A DNA stretch of 59,847 nt from a virus (IMGVR_UViG_3300045117_000178:1-59847); one strand, 5' to 3'. Shown: positions 34,815 through 45,101, counted from the stretch's first letter. The notes: a model not told the origin generated them from the sequence alone. Translations and numbers: made by a program.

Positions 34815-35336
34815 CTACTGGAACAGCGACCCGTAGAAGCCGTTGATGAAGTAGTACTCGGTGTTCACGCCCTGCTCGCCGATGATCCCGTTGATGTTCA
34901 GCGAGACCTTCACCTTGATCTTGTCCTGCTCGTACTTGCTCTGCATGCGATCGAGCCACTGCAACAGCAGCGGACTCTTGTCATCAATGGAGACGTTGAT
35001 GCCGCCGTCAGAGAAGTTGAGCTGGTTCCGTGTCTGCAGGAAACCCACGGATTGGATCAAGGCGACGGCTGTGCCGTACCGGCAGAGGCTGGTGAACCCC
35101 ATGTCCATCAGCTGCTCGATGGTGTACTGCCCCAGCAGCGGCGGCGTGCCGTTGAAGTCCGAGAGGAAGTCGACGACCGCCCAGGCGATGAGCCTGTTGC
35201 TACTCTCTTCTCCCCGGATCAGCCGATTCAGATGCGGGTAGTCCCGCATCCACAGCCTCATCATGTTGATGAAGGCGTTGAACTTGTCGGACAGCCCGGG
35301 GATCGAGCTCGTGCCCTGGAGCTGGGGGTCGCTCAC
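34815..35336 (-). CDS. Putative head-tail adaptor
   Basis: 173-aa helical protein after capsid gene; FSDGGINVS motif. Confidence 0.55.
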   Translation of the reverse strand: MSDPQLQGTSSIPGLSDKFNAFINMMRLWMRDYPHLNRLIRGEESSNRLIAWAVVDFLSDFNGTPPLLGQYTIEQLMDMGFTSLCRYGTAVALIQSVGFLQTRNQLNFSDGGINVSIDDKSPLLLQWLDRMQSKYEQDKIKVKVSLNINGIIGEQGVNTEYYFINGFYGSLFQ

Positions 35337-35629
35337 TTGCTCTTGCCCTTCTTGGGATCGCCCTTCGGCGTGACCTCCACCTTGCTCTCGGGGGCCTTCA
35401 CGTCATCGACGAGCTCGAGCACCTTCGGCTTGTGGACCTCCGGTCCCACCTGGACCGGCTTGGGCGCAGGCGGTTCACCCTCGAAAGGGAAGATCAGGTC
35501 CCCGTTGGCGCGCAGGCTCTGCGCACGCGACTGGTAGAGGAGAGAGTCTTCGATCTCGACCACCTTGCCGGGGGCGATGGTGGTATGACCGATCTCGATC
35601 GGCATCTTGCTCTGGTTCTTGACCTTCAT
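35333..35629 (-). CDS. Hypothetical virion-module protein
   Basis: ATG 35629 after GAGGAG. Confidence 0.7.
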   Translation of the reverse strand: MKVKNQSKMPIEIGHTTIAPGKVVEIEDSLLYQSRAQSLRANGDLIFPFEGEPPAPKPVQVGPEVHKPKVLELVDDVKAPESKVEVTPKGDPKKGKSK

Positions 35630-35631
35630 GT

Positions 35632-36168
35632 CTATCTCCTCTTGCCCTTCTTGCCTGGCTCGGGCTTTCTCTCCTCGGCCTGGGGCTCTGGGGCCTGGTA
35701 GGCGCGAGAGAAGTCGGCTTCCTCGGTCACGATCGGCTGCGTGACTTCCACGGACTTGACGTCCTGTGGGGGGATCTCGACGTCGTTGATGACCACCCTG
35801 GTGGCCGGCGCTTCCTGTGCCAGCTCCTCGATCTTGTCCTCTGGAGCGGGCTTGGAGTCGGTCTTGGGCTTCCACGCGCAGTCCCGGATCTCCTGGCCTC
35901 TGCGCTCCTTGATGGTGCCGTGCTGGTCGGTGTAGATCTGAGCACCGTCCGGGGTCGAGACCCGGAAGGCCCCCATCTTCACGCGCTCCATGATGGAGTC
36001 CAGGTGCTTCTCGAACTCCTCAGGGCTGAGGCGCAGGGTCTGGTTGTGCAGCAGGCGACGACCCGCCACGAACTGCTTCTGCCGCACGCGGCCCGGCTGG
36101 TAGAAGCGGCGCACCTTCGTTTCTGGGTGCATGGCGACGTTGGTGATGATGAAGACCGGCTCCGGCAT
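35632..36168 (-). CDS. Hypothetical virion-module protein
   Basis: ATG 36168 after GGAGGT. Confidence 0.7.
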   Translation of the reverse strand: MPEPVFIITNVAMHPETKVRRFYQPGRVRQKQFVAGRRLLHNQTLRLSPEEFEKHLDSIMERVKMGAFRVSTPDGAQIYTDQHGTIKERRGQEIRDCAWKPKTDSKPAPEDKIEELAQEAPATRVVINDVEIPPQDVKSVEVTQPIVTEEADFSRAYQAPEPQAEERKPEPGKKGKRR

Positions 36169-36240
36169 GGTTACCTCCAATGATGGCTATATCTTACAGG
36201 CGATACAGCCATCTTGAGAAGCAAGTTTTCGGGGATCGGG

Positions 36241-36266
36241 AGGGGCCCGGAGAGATCCGGGCCCCT
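36241..36266. repeat. 11-bp hairpin after capsid gene
   Basis: AGGGGCCCGGA-GAGA-TCCGGGCCCCT; no U-tract on minus strand. Confidence 0.6.
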
Positions 36267-36300
36267 TGTCGGGTGAGAGCCACGATGGGCCCCGGCCGAG

Positions 36301-37428
36301 CTAGTACTGCTCGACGGCCGGGTAGTGGAGGCCCTGGTCGACACGGTTGTTGACCGCGCCGAGGTCCTCCTCCTCCATCGGCGTGACGGCGCTGAGGATG
36401 CTGTCCGCGTTGTGGAGGGTGGCGTCGCCGGAGTAGAGCTCCATCTTCCGCACCGACGCGATGTTGATGATCCCCAGGGCGATGTCCTCCCAGGACTGCC
36501 AGGTGATCAGGTTCGCGATCTTGTCGATGTAGAACTTGGTGTTGTTCAGGACGTAGAACTTCCCGAAGAACTCCGGCTTGGTGAAGGTGTAGAGGTTGCC
36601 CGGCCGCAGGAGGTCGGTCTTGATCGTGCGGGTGTACGCGCGCCCGAGGAGCGTGTTGTACTTGTACCCGTCGGTCGTGGTCTCGCTCTGGAGCCTGTTG
36701 CCGAAGTCCTCGACCGTCCACTGGAGGATGTCGTCCCAGTCGACCTCGGTCAGCAGGGTCATCTCGGCGCGCAGGCGGTGCCCGTCGAGCAGCTTGTAGA
36801 GGTTGACCACGTCCGGCCTCTGGAGCGGGAGGCTGACGCTGCCGTCCACGGCGGCCGCGCGGGCGAGCTCGCCCTTGCGGACCGAGAACTCGACCGGGGG
36901 CGTCGCGCCCTGCAGCGTGGTGGCGCTGAGCTCGGGGGCGGCGGCCAGGCCGTTGGCCTCGGCCTGGAGCGCCTGGACAGCGGCCTCGATGTGGATGAGG
37001 AACTCGCGGTCCTCGATCTCCTGGATGTCCTTCACCGAGTTGTCCTCGATGACCTTGGTGATGGGCATCTCGTACGCCAGGAGCTCCTGCTCCACCTTCT
37101 CGAACTTCTCCGAGCTGATGGTGAAGAAGGGGATCTCGGCGCGCGGCGCACGGACGAAGTTCGCGCTGGGCTGGCCGCGGAAGCTGACAGCCATGGCACG
37201 GGACTTCGGCTCGACGTCGACGATCTTCACCAGCGTGTCGTGCTTCACGGAGCGCTGGCAGTCGGCGCGGGTGACGGGCTCGGGCGGCAGGATCTTGCGC
37301 GCGAACGACACCTCACGGAGACGGTCGCGGATGTAGTTGCCGCCGTACTCGGCGATCTTCTCTTTGCCTTCCGTGGTCTCCAGCCGCTGGCTGAAGAGCT
37401 CGGTCAGGACTTGTGCGGTCGTACTCAT
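36301..37428 (-). CDS. Major capsid protein
   Basis: 375 aa, strongly biased codons, strong RBS; IRDRLRE.SFARKI, IQEIED..F patterns; position after scaffold/decoration genes. Confidence 0.8.
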   Translation of the reverse strand: MSTTAQVLTELFSQRLETTEGKEKIAEYGGNYIRDRLREVSFARKILPPEPVTRADCQRSVKHDTLVKIVDVEPKSRAMAVSFRGQPSANFVRAPRAEIPFFTISSEKFEKVEQELLAYEMPITKVIEDNSVKDIQEIEDREFLIHIEAAVQALQAEANGLAAAPELSATTLQGATPPVEFSVRKGELARAAAVDGSVSLPLQRPDVVNLYKLLDGHRLRAEMTLLTEVDWDDILQWTVEDFGNRLQSETTTDGYKYNTLLGRAYTRTIKTDLLRPGNLYTFTKPEFFGKFYVLNNTKFYIDKIANLITWQSWEDIALGIINIASVRKMELYSGDATLHNADSILSAVTPMEEEDLGAVNNRVDQGLHYPAVEQY

Positions 37429-37450
37429 GTTCGTCCTTTCCTTTCTCGCT

Positions 37451-37906
37451 CTACGTCAGCGTGTTGAAGAAGCGGAGCTTCTGTCCGTTGGAGGAAGGCA
37501 TCCTGGTGACGTAGCCGATCGTAAGGCTACCACCAGCCTGCTTCTTCAGACCCGACCTGGTCGTGCTGAGGTACGTGACATCCGCCACCATCAGCGCGTT
37601 GCCGTGAGCGAGGCCGGTCGCGTCGAAGACGAGGGTGTCGGCCTCGAACTTGCCGATGTACAGCACCGGCACCTTGCCGAGCGCCTGGACGTCGCTGCGG
37701 CCGCGCTCGGCGAAGACGACCCAGGACAGCTGGGTGCCGTCCGAGCGGATGGCGTGCTTCTGGTCGGTCGGCGAGTACATGAGCCACTCGCCATCGAGCA
37801 GTGGGTTGGTCCCGTTGGGGTTCGTGAGCGTCTTGTCCACGAGGGCCAAGTCGCGCCGGTACACCCATTCGATGGGTGTGACCAGCCTGAAGTTCTCGAC
37901 TACCAT
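37451..37906 (-). CDS. Putative capsid decoration/cement protein
   Basis: 151-aa beta-rich gene just upstream of MCP. Confidence 0.55.
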   Translation of the reverse strand: MVVENFRLVTPIEWVYRRDLALVDKTLTNPNGTNPLLDGEWLMYSPTDQKHAIRSDGTQLSWVVFAERGRSDVQALGKVPVLYIGKFEADTLVFDATGLAHGNALMVADVTYLSTTRSGLKKQAGGSLTIGYVTRMPSSNGQKLRFFNTLT

Positions 37907-37952
37907 CTGTTTCTCCTTGGTTCAGTCAGCGGTTTCCGCCGATCTGCCTCCG

Positions 37953-38336
37953 TCAGCCGAGGTGCCCGAGAAGATAGGACTCGAGCTGGGTCTGCCCGTT
38001 GCCGGGCTCGAGCTCGTCACCGAGACCACCGATCTGGCCGTTGGGAGAGGACATCTTCACGGCCTCCTCCATCACGTCCAGGCTCTTGCCCTTGGCGACA
38101 GCCTCCTCGATGGAAGCGACCTTCTCCTCCATCGTCTCGCCCAGAGCGGTGATGTTCTTCTCGGTGGCGACCTTCGCCAGCTCGTTGATCCGGCTCCTCT
38201 GCTCGTAGTCCCGGATCTTCGCGGTTGCGGTGGCCAGCTTCTTCATCAGGCCATCGCGCTCCGCTGCCAGGCTGCGCAGCATGCCAGGAACCGCGGAGAG
38301 GACGGCAGCGACCTTCTGTGAACTGATCTTTTCCAT
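37953..38336 (-). CDS. Scaffold-like coiled-coil protein
   Basis: Helical; KVA/KIS motifs; context. Confidence 0.55.
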   Translation of the reverse strand: MEKISSQKVAAVLSAVPGMLRSLAAERDGLMKKLATATAKIRDYEQRSRINELAKVATEKNITALGETMEEKVASIEEAVAKGKSLDVMEEAVKMSSPNGQIGGLGDELEPGNGQTQLESYLLGHLG

Positions 38337-38347
38337 CGTCTCCTCCT

Positions 38348-39589
38348 TTACACCATCGAGGAAGCGCCGCCAGTGCCCAGCCCAGATCCGCCGGTCGTGC
38401 CGAACTGACCCTGGGCCTTCTTCTCGCCAGCCTCTCCCTCTTCCTTCTTCTTGGCCTCGAGCGCTGCCTTCAGCTTCTCGGCCTTCTCCTTCTCTTCCGG
38501 GGTAGCGTCTTCCTTCTCCCCGGCCTCCGCGATCTTGCGGAGGTACGCCCTGGCCGCCGCCGCCTTCACGGAGGAGATCTTCACCCCCGCTTGTCCGGTG
38601 GAGTCCAGGTTGTTCTGAAGGACCGGATCCGTTGACTTCTTCTGGGCTGGTTCGTCGATCACCTGACCCATCTGTCGCTTGGGTTCCGCCTTCGCATCGC
38701 CCTTGTCGTAGCCGATCGCACGCTCGAGCGTGTCGATCATGTTGCGCTGAGACTCGGCCGCGGCCGGCATCTTGGGGACGTCCTGCTCGCTGGCGCTGGC
38801 GTTCGGGTTGACCAGCGGCTCACGGCCGGCACCGATCTTGGCGTCCTCGCCGTCGTGAGCGGCTTCCTCCGCCGCCTGCTTCCAGAGAGAGCGGACGAGA
38901 CGGATGGAGGCCTTCTTCTCCTCCTCCTTCTTCTCCTCCTCCGGCGTCTCCTTGGCCTCGTGCTCCTCCTTCTTCTCCTTCTCCTCCGACTCCTTCTCCT
39001 CGTGCTCCTCGGCCTTCCCCTCCTGCGCGAACTTGCGCAGGACGTTGCGGAGCGCACGCACGGACGAGCTCTTCTCCACCAGCTGCGGCTGCTCGCCCGT
39101 CCCGCCCGGCACGTCGTTCATGTCGGTCTCGACCGTGGAAGCTCCGGGGTTGGTCTGGCCGTCCTTGGCACCCACGGTGTCGGTGCCGGGCCTCATGGCC
39201 GGCTTGCCGCTGCCGGCCTCACCCGTCTCGTAGTTCTGGGTGCCGGGAGTGCCCTGGAGGTTGACTTCGAGCGCGGTCTCGCCCTTGCCAGGACCGACCA
39301 TCGGCTCCTCGGCCACCTTGGTCCAGTTGATGTGGTCCATGTGGCTGTTGATGAAGTCGAGCGCGGAGGCGACCTTCTCGACCACGGAGGAGGAGACGTG
39401 GCCCTTCTTCTCGGGCTCCTTCTCCTCTTTCTTCTCCTCCTTGGCCTCGGCCTTCTCTTCGGCCTTCTCCCCTGCGGAGGTGGGAGGCTCCTTGCCCTTC
39501 TCGGCCTCGGCCTCGGCCTCGGCGAGCTTGGTGCGCTCCTGAGCCTCCGCGATTGCACCGTGGATCATCTGCTGAAGGGTCAATCGCAT
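38348..39589 (-). CDS. Acidic scaffold/core-like protein with many KxA motifs
   Basis: E/K-rich; KLA, KVA, KFA, KKA, KQA, KIA. Confidence 0.65.
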   Translation of the reverse strand: MRLTLQQMIHGAIAEAQERTKLAEAEAEAEKGKEPPTSAGEKAEEKAEAKEEKKEEKEPEKKGHVSSSVVEKVASALDFINSHMDHINWTKVAEEPMVGPGKGETALEVNLQGTPGTQNYETGEAGSGKPAMRPGTDTVGAKDGQTNPGASTVETDMNDVPGGTGEQPQLVEKSSSVRALRNVLRKFAQEGKAEEHEEKESEEKEKKEEHEAKETPEEEKKEEEKKASIRLVRSLWKQAAEEAAHDGEDAKIGAGREPLVNPNASASEQDVPKMPAAAESQRNMIDTLERAIGYDKGDAKAEPKRQMGQVIDEPAQKKSTDPVLQNNLDSTGQAGVKISSVKAAAARAYLRKIAEAGEKEDATPEEKEKAEKLKAALEAKKKEEGEAGEKKAQGQFGTTGGSGLGTGGASSMV

Positions 39590-39602
39590 TGCGTTCTCCT
39601 TT

Positions 39603-39872
39603 TCAGACCCGCACGGGCGGCGGTGGTGTGGACTTCAACTCCGAACCCACACCTACGTCCGTGCCTGGTGCCTCCACATTGGATCGGGTGTAGTTCGTGC
39701 TCTTCCCCATCTTCGTCGACGGGTTGACAGCCTTGGGCTGGATCTGTGGCGCGGCGATCGGCTGCTTGAACTCCGAGGGCTTCTCCGGCACAGGCCCACT
39801 GCTTGGGGGCAGTGGGAACTGCGCCATCTTTTGAAGCTCATCGAAGAAAGCTGCCAGCATCACTCGTTCCAC
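39603..39872 (-). CDS. AFFDELQKMA-tagged Pro-rich protein
   Basis: N-terminal tag; start 39872 or 39860. Confidence 0.7.
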   Translation of the reverse strand: MERVMLAAFFDELQKMAQFPLPPSSGPVPEKPSEFKQPIAAPQIQPKAVNPSTKMGKSTNYTRSNVEAPGTDVGVGSELKSTPPPPVRV

Positions 39873-39894
39873 GGACCCAACCCGAGGTTGTCAA

Positions 39895-39920
39895 CCCTGG
39901 GGAGCGCGAGCTCCCCAGGG
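39895..39920. repeat. 11-bp intergenic hairpin
   Basis: CCCTGGGGAGC-GCGA-GCTCCCCAGGG. Confidence 0.65.
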
Positions 39921-39933
39921 AAGACTGTCGGTG

Positions 39934-40857
39934 CTACTCGTTCCACTGGACCGGATACCCGGCCTCCTCCAGCATCATCAGCGCGCGGGTCTCGATCGCG
40001 TCCTCGAGCCGCTGCTCGGCGGTCTTCTCCTGATCGATGTAGCCGTTCTCGATCAGCATCTGGTTGGCGCGCTCGGCAGCGATCTGCTCGAACTGCTCGT
40101 CGTAGGAGCGGGCCTCCTTCTCCTCCTTCTTGCCGCCCAGGGCCTTGCTCGCGCCGTAGATCCCGAGTCCGGCCGCCGCGGCGTGCGGAAGGAAGCGAGC
40201 CGCACCACGCGCGCCGAGAGCGAGACGCTCGCCAGCGCTGCGCCCGCCCCCGCTGATCGCGGCGCGGAGCTGCTCGACGCCCTTCTTGTGGTACTGCTTC
40301 ACGGCGTGACCGGCCTCGCGGGCCGCGCCCTCGAGCTTGCCGACCTGCCTGCCCTGCCCGGAAGCCTTGGTGCCGGCCGCGGCCGGTCCCTCGTACTTCG
40401 CCGCCGACGACGCGCTCTCGGCCGCGCGCTTCTTGGCCGCGCGCTCCGCCATCACCTTCTCCTCGAACGCCTTGGCCTCGGCCTCCGTGGGCTGGGTCGG
40501 GAAGTTCTTGATCTGCGAGGGCTTCACGGGCTTCGCCTGCTTCTCGATCGAGGCCAGCTCGTCGACGTAGGCGTGCGCCATCGCGCGTCCCAGGAAGTCG
40601 GCCTCGGCCAGCTTCTCGCGCATCTCGGTCTCGTCATTCGAGGCCACCTTGGTCTGCCCCATCCCGCCCTCGATCTCGGCCAGGAGCTGCCCGACCTGCT
40701 CGTCCGGGAGCGACGCGAGGTCGACGCCCTCTTCGGCCGCGAGCTTCACGAGGAACTCGGCTGCCGCCTGCTTCTGCAGGTCCTCGCCGTCGTATCCACC
40801 GCTGAGGACGCCCAGGTTCCCCTGGGTGTCGTAGAAGTTTGCCAGTGTACGGTCCAT
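39934..40857 (-). CDS. KxA-rich putative internal head protein
   Basis: KQA, KLA, KVA, AYVDELASIEKQA, KTA. Confidence 0.7.
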   Translation of the reverse strand: MDRTLANFYDTQGNLGVLSGGYDGEDLQKQAAAEFLVKLAAEEGVDLASLPDEQVGQLLAEIEGGMGQTKVASNDETEMREKLAEADFLGRAMAHAYVDELASIEKQAKPVKPSQIKNFPTQPTEAEAKAFEEKVMAERAAKKRAAESASSAAKYEGPAAAGTKASGQGRQVGKLEGAAREAGHAVKQYHKKGVEQLRAAISGGGRSAGERLALGARGAARFLPHAAAAGLGIYGASKALGGKKEEKEARSYDEQFEQIAAERANQMLIENGYIDQEKTAEQRLEDAIETRALMMLEEAGYPVQWNE

Positions 40858-40880
40858 CTTGCTCTCCTTGGATCAGAGTT

Positions 40881-40910
40881 ACGTTACCTTCTCCAGCGGC
40901 GACGACTCAA
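40881..40910 (-). promoter_or_regulatory. sigma70-like promoter
   Basis: TTGAGT-N18-TAACGT. Confidence 0.45.
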
Positions 40911-40931
40911 CAAGGTGCGAAGCCTCTCTCG

Positions 40932-42788
40932 TCAGCCAACGATTGACTTGCCGACATTGAGAATGCCCTTCCCAATCTTTTTCGGCAAGTCAGATCCTGT
41001 CAGGTGAAGCGCGCCACCGAATAGCGCCATGCCGGTCGCGAGCGGATGTTCGGAGACGAACTCCATCGCATAGCTCGGACGCTTTCCGGTGTACAGATCG
41101 CGCTGGATCTTCATCCCCGCCAACCTCGACAGGAGGTATCCAGCAGGGATCGCTCCGGCCACCGCCAGGTTCTTCAACGACCCGACGTTCGCCGCGGTCT
41201 TGGAGAACATGTCCTCCAATGACACCCCATGGACATGGGCCTGAACATCGGGGTACTGATGGAGGTGATCGGTCATCTGCGCGATCTTCTCGACTACCTG
41301 TACGCGGTAGCCATTATACGCGGCAGAAACCTTGTCCATCAAATCGTTTTTGACCTGCTCCGGTGGTTCGCCCTCCGGCTTGGGCATCCCACAGATGGTG
41401 ATTCGCACCATGCGCCTGGTGAGCACCGGGCCTAGGTTGCTCCGGTCCTCGATCGAGCCCTTCAGAAGACCGGCGATCAGCTTGCTGATGAACTCTGGAC
41501 TGATCGGGACCGAACGGTCAACGTTCTCACTGTCACCGAAGACCTGGTTCTTCTTGTCCATGTCGTCAGCGACGTCGCCCTTGCCCATCCGTACGAGCAC
41601 GATGCGCTGGAACTCGCGCGGGCGAAGCACCATCCCCATCATCGTGGGCGTCGACACCGACTCACGAAGAGGCTGCTCCCCCATCTGATCCAGTACCTCC
41701 CTGGGAAGGTCGGGCTCAGATCTCTGGAGGACCGGAATGGCCTTGCTCATGAACTGGGATGGCACAACTTCCTTTGTAATCTCTGCGCGCTTGCTTTGGG
41801 AAGCCTTTTTTTCTCGGATGCTACGGAGCATCTGACGGGCCCGCTCGATGGACGCGGTCTTCACGGAGGCCGCTTTCTCGAACCCCTCTTTGTGGGTCGC
41901 CGGCATCTCGTCCTCCTCCTGATAGCCGTAGTGCTCGGCCATATAAGAAGACGGGACCACGATCATCCCGCGGCCTCTGGCCCCGGCCAGCTTCGCCATC
42001 ATCTTGGAGGTCTTGTCGGCCCCGATGAAGACGAAGCTGATGTCGAAGAACCGTGGGTAGGGGTTGAACGCGCAGACCTTCCGGCCATCAGGAAGAATCT
42101 CGTTCATCCGGTACTTGAGGAAGTCGCTGTAGTCGTCGCGCGTGATCGAGAGACCAGGGATCGGTTTGATCTTCTTGTGGAACTCGATGACGGCGATACC
42201 TGGGTGCTTGTGCTGGTCGGGTCGGTAGTTGCTGAGAGCCTTGCGGTAGAGTTCCCAGTCGGTCGTGATTGAGCACAGATCGTAGGGGACCTTCGTGCCC
42301 ATGCTGGTATCGGGCAACATCCCTTGATCGATCTTGTCCACCACTCTCTGCGCGCCAACGGCTTCCGCGCGGTCCCGATCGATACGAACGACCAGCTCCA
42401 CGCGGTGCATGTTGGTGTTGTAGGCCGCGAGCTCGACCTCACCGAAGGCCCTGGCTGGGTCCTTGTTGGCGTGGTGCATGAACGGCTTGGCGTAGACCTT
42501 GAACGTCTCGTAGCCGTACACCGGGCCTCGGTGGATGAGGAACTCTTCTTCGAACGCATCGCCGTTGATGTTGCTCGACCAGTACTCGTAGGCACCGAGA
42601 GCGTTCACCAGCGCGTAGATGGAGTTCGGATTCGGCTTCAACCCGTCGATGTAGGTTCGGATCTCCGGCAGGAATGGACTGGCCACCTTGTCCATATAGG
42701 AGTGGTGGAGTTGATCCGGGTGCCGGAAGATCTCGATGAGCTGATGGCCCTGCTGGTCGTGAGCAGGGAAGTGGCAGAGCTTGATCAT
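40932..42788 (-). CDS. Putative prohead (capsid maturation) serine protease
   Basis: N.NGD.F, HHAN, DTSMGTKVPYDLCSI, FFDISFV..GAD resemble clan SH maturation proteases. Confidence 0.65.
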   Translation of the reverse strand: MIKLCHFPAHDQQGHQLIEIFRHPDQLHHSYMDKVASPFLPEIRTYIDGLKPNPNSIYALVNALGAYEYWSSNINGDAFEEEFLIHRGPVYGYETFKVYAKPFMHHANKDPARAFGEVELAAYNTNMHRVELVVRIDRDRAEAVGAQRVVDKIDQGMLPDTSMGTKVPYDLCSITTDWELYRKALSNYRPDQHKHPGIAVIEFHKKIKPIPGLSITRDDYSDFLKYRMNEILPDGRKVCAFNPYPRFFDISFVFIGADKTSKMMAKLAGARGRGMIVVPSSYMAEHYGYQEEDEMPATHKEGFEKAASVKTASIERARQMLRSIREKKASQSKRAEITKEVVPSQFMSKAIPVLQRSEPDLPREVLDQMGEQPLRESVSTPTMMGMVLRPREFQRIVLVRMGKGDVADDMDKKNQVFGDSENVDRSVPISPEFISKLIAGLLKGSIEDRSNLGPVLTRRMVRITICGMPKPEGEPPEQVKNDLMDKVSAAYNGYRVQVVEKIAQMTDHLHQYPDVQAHVHGVSLEDMFSKTAANVGSLKNLAVAGAIPAGYLLSRLAGMKIQRDLYTGKRPSYAMEFVSEHPLATGMALFGGALHLTGSDLPKKIGKGILNVGKSIVG

Positions 42789-43360
42789 TTGGTGAACGGG
42801 TTCTTCACTGCACGCGGATCCTTCGACTTGCGAAGCACGGCCTTGGCGCGTTCCATCTCGAACGCCTCGGACGGCGCTGGGCCCTTTTCCTTCGGCGGCT
42901 TCCCTTCGGGCTTGGCCGACATGAAGGCGTGAAGGATCGGGTCCTCCATCGGCGCACTTTTGGCCAAGGTGGTGGCAGTCTGCGGGTCGACGTAGGCACC
43001 CTCTCCACCCTCTGCGCGGTCGAGGAAGCGGGAGACGGCAGATCCCGCGACCAGCGGGTCGGTCGCGAAGTCGGGATTGAGGTGGTAGAGGCTGTTGAAG
43101 GCCAGGTGGACCTGCTTGGAGTCCTTCTTCGCCAGGCTCGGGTTGGCCTCCAACATGCCCTTCATCGCGCGGCCCTTGACGATGGTGTCCTTCAGCTTGC
43201 CCAGCCCGTATCCGGCAGCCGTACCGATCGCAGCGACACCGGCCGCTGCCGTCCCGGCAACCAGGTGGTCCTTGAACGCCTGCCAGAGGCCGGCGGTCTT
43301 CTGCAGTCGCTCGCGCAGGCGGTAGAGCTTGAACTCTTGATCGATGTCGTCGAAGGTCAT
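42785..43360 (-). CDS. KxA/Gly-zipper putative virion protein
   Basis: ATG 43360; LQKTA followed by hydrophobic helix. Confidence 0.7.
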   Translation of the reverse strand: MTFDDIDQEFKLYRLRERLQKTAGLWQAFKDHLVAGTAAAGVAAIGTAAGYGLGKLKDTIVKGRAMKGMLEANPSLAKKDSKQVHLAFNSLYHLNPDFATDPLVAGSAVSRFLDRAEGGEGAYVDPQTATTLAKSAPMEDPILHAFMSAKPEGKPPKEKGPAPSEAFEMERAKAVLRKSKDPRAVKNPFTK

Positions 43361-43370
43361 CTGCCCGCTC

Positions 43371-43676
43371 CTACTGGTAGTACGCCGCCTGTTCCGGCTG
43401 TTCCGGCTGTTCTTCTCCTCTGAGAGACTTGATCTTCGCTCGGAGCCTTTGTACCGGGCCGCTCTCCCACGTCTTCTTGGCCCCCCACCCGGCGGCAACG
43501 TAGGGCGCGACCTTGGCCGCGAGATGTGCGACCTCGCTCTTCACTCCGGCCTCTGCCAGCTGTCTGGAGAGCGCGTTGCCCGCGCGATTCAGGCCGCGAA
43601 ACGCACCAGCGATCATTCGGCCAGCACCAGCTTCCTTGCGGAGGATCGCGTACGCGATGTCAGCAGCTCTGCTCAT
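43371..43676 (-). CDS. Small KxA putative virion protein
   Basis: LRKEA near N-terminus. Confidence 0.7.
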   Translation of the reverse strand: MSRAADIAYAILRKEAGAGRMIAGAFRGLNRAGNALSRQLAEAGVKSEVAHLAAKVAPYVAAGWGAKKTWESGPVQRLRAKIKSLRGEEQPEQPEQAAYYQ

Positions 43677-45082
43677 CTTCGATCTCCACCGGGTATGGCC
43701 CCCGAAGCGACGATGCCAGCTCCCAGCCCGGCCGCCCCGCCAGCGACCGTGCCGATCCTCGCGTTCCGAAGCGTTCGCACAGCCTCCCCTGGGACTTGGG
43801 ATACGGATTGGGCTACCTGTTTGCCTGGTACCCCGGCGGCGATTTGGTTGGTGACCTTCTTGCCCAAGCCGAGGGACGCCCCTCCAGCTAGCCCCGCCCC
43901 CAGTCCTCCTCCGATCAGCGCGCCCTTCAGAGCTCCGCTTCCCCGCTCACCGGGCTTGGCGGTCGCCGCACCGATACCCGCACCCAGAAGTCCCGGAACG
44001 ACGGCACCACCCAGGGCAGCTTTCGCGGCAAAGCCGAGAGCGACCTTCTCGATCTCGTCCTCGATGTCATCGAGGTCTCGAGCCGATGCCATCTTCACTG
44101 AGGGATTACTGATGGCTGGGGAAAGGGACTGTTCTATCTGACCCAGCTGGTTGTCGAACGATCGAAGCCCGCGCTGGAGCTGCTGACCCTGACCCATGGC
44201 CTGTAGCAGGGAGGTGTTGATCTCCTGGATCCGATTGTCGAGCACATCGACCGCGCCCTGGAGCTGACGGAGCTCGGTCGCGGTCTTGGAGAACTCGATG
44301 AAGGTCGAGATCACCCCATGCTCGGGGTTGGGCTCGTGCCCGACAGCGGCCGACGAGCGGAGGCTTTCGATGAACGCGCGCTTGGTCATGACGCCATGGT
44401 TCACGAGCTGATTGCGGACGGCCGAGATCCCGTCATAGAGGTCCTGCTCGTGCCCGAAGTGAGACCAGGCCGCGGCGATCTTGGACAGCGGCTCGCCCAC
44501 CAGCACGCACTTCTTGACCTCGCCGTAGAGGTCCTCTTTGAGCAGCTCCATGCGTGTGGTGAGGCTGGAGATCTTGGACATCACGTGCTCACGCGCGCCC
44601 ATCGCGGTCGTGCGGAGCGCATGGAGATCGGAGAGGCCGGTCGCGGTCGGACCTGCGCAGGCCTGCTTGCCGAAGATCTCTTCCTCCACGTTCCTCGCCT
44701 GCGGAGCAGACGGCGGAGCGGAGTAGTCATCGACGTGGTGGGTATCGGGCTGGCTGCCGTCGTTCATGCCCTTCAGAACGACCGAGGGGTCGGCCGGGCC
44801 GCCCTCGAACTCGATGTTGCGGACGCTGCCGCCTTTCTCCCACTCGTTCTGGAAGGCGGACTGGTTCGCGAACTCACAGACGCGGCGCGCGTGCTCGGGA
44901 CCGAGGTCTTGGTCTTTGATGACTTCGAGCACGGCGTCTGAGAGCGGGGTGCAGTTGCTGGAGTACAGCGCGGCTGCCTGCTTGCCGAGCAGCTGGAGAC
45001 GTCCGGGGTCCACTGGACGTGCACGAGCCTGCTCGATGATACCTTGCGGCACCGCTCCTAGCTCTCGATCCATGTGGGGCAT
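43673..45082 (-). CDS. KxA-rich putative virion protein with C-terminal Gly zippers
   Basis: KQA x2, KTA, KMA, DEIEKVA then GxxxG helices. Confidence 0.75.
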   Translation of the reverse strand: MPHMDRELGAVPQGIIEQARARPVDPGRLQLLGKQAAALYSSNCTPLSDAVLEVIKDQDLGPEHARRVCEFANQSAFQNEWEKGGSVRNIEFEGGPADPSVVLKGMNDGSQPDTHHVDDYSAPPSAPQARNVEEEIFGKQACAGPTATGLSDLHALRTTAMGAREHVMSKISSLTTRMELLKEDLYGEVKKCVLVGEPLSKIAAAWSHFGHEQDLYDGISAVRNQLVNHGVMTKRAFIESLRSSAAVGHEPNPEHGVISTFIEFSKTATELRQLQGAVDVLDNRIQEINTSLLQAMGQGQQLQRGLRSFDNQLGQIEQSLSPAISNPSVKMASARDLDDIEDEIEKVALGFAAKAALGGAVVPGLLGAGIGAATAKPGERGSGALKGALIGGGLGAGLAGGASLGLGKKVTNQIAAGVPGKQVAQSVSQVPGEAVRTLRNARIGTVAGGAAGLGAGIVASGAIPGGDRR

Positions 45083-45101
45083 CCTGTACCTCGTGGGCCT
45101 G

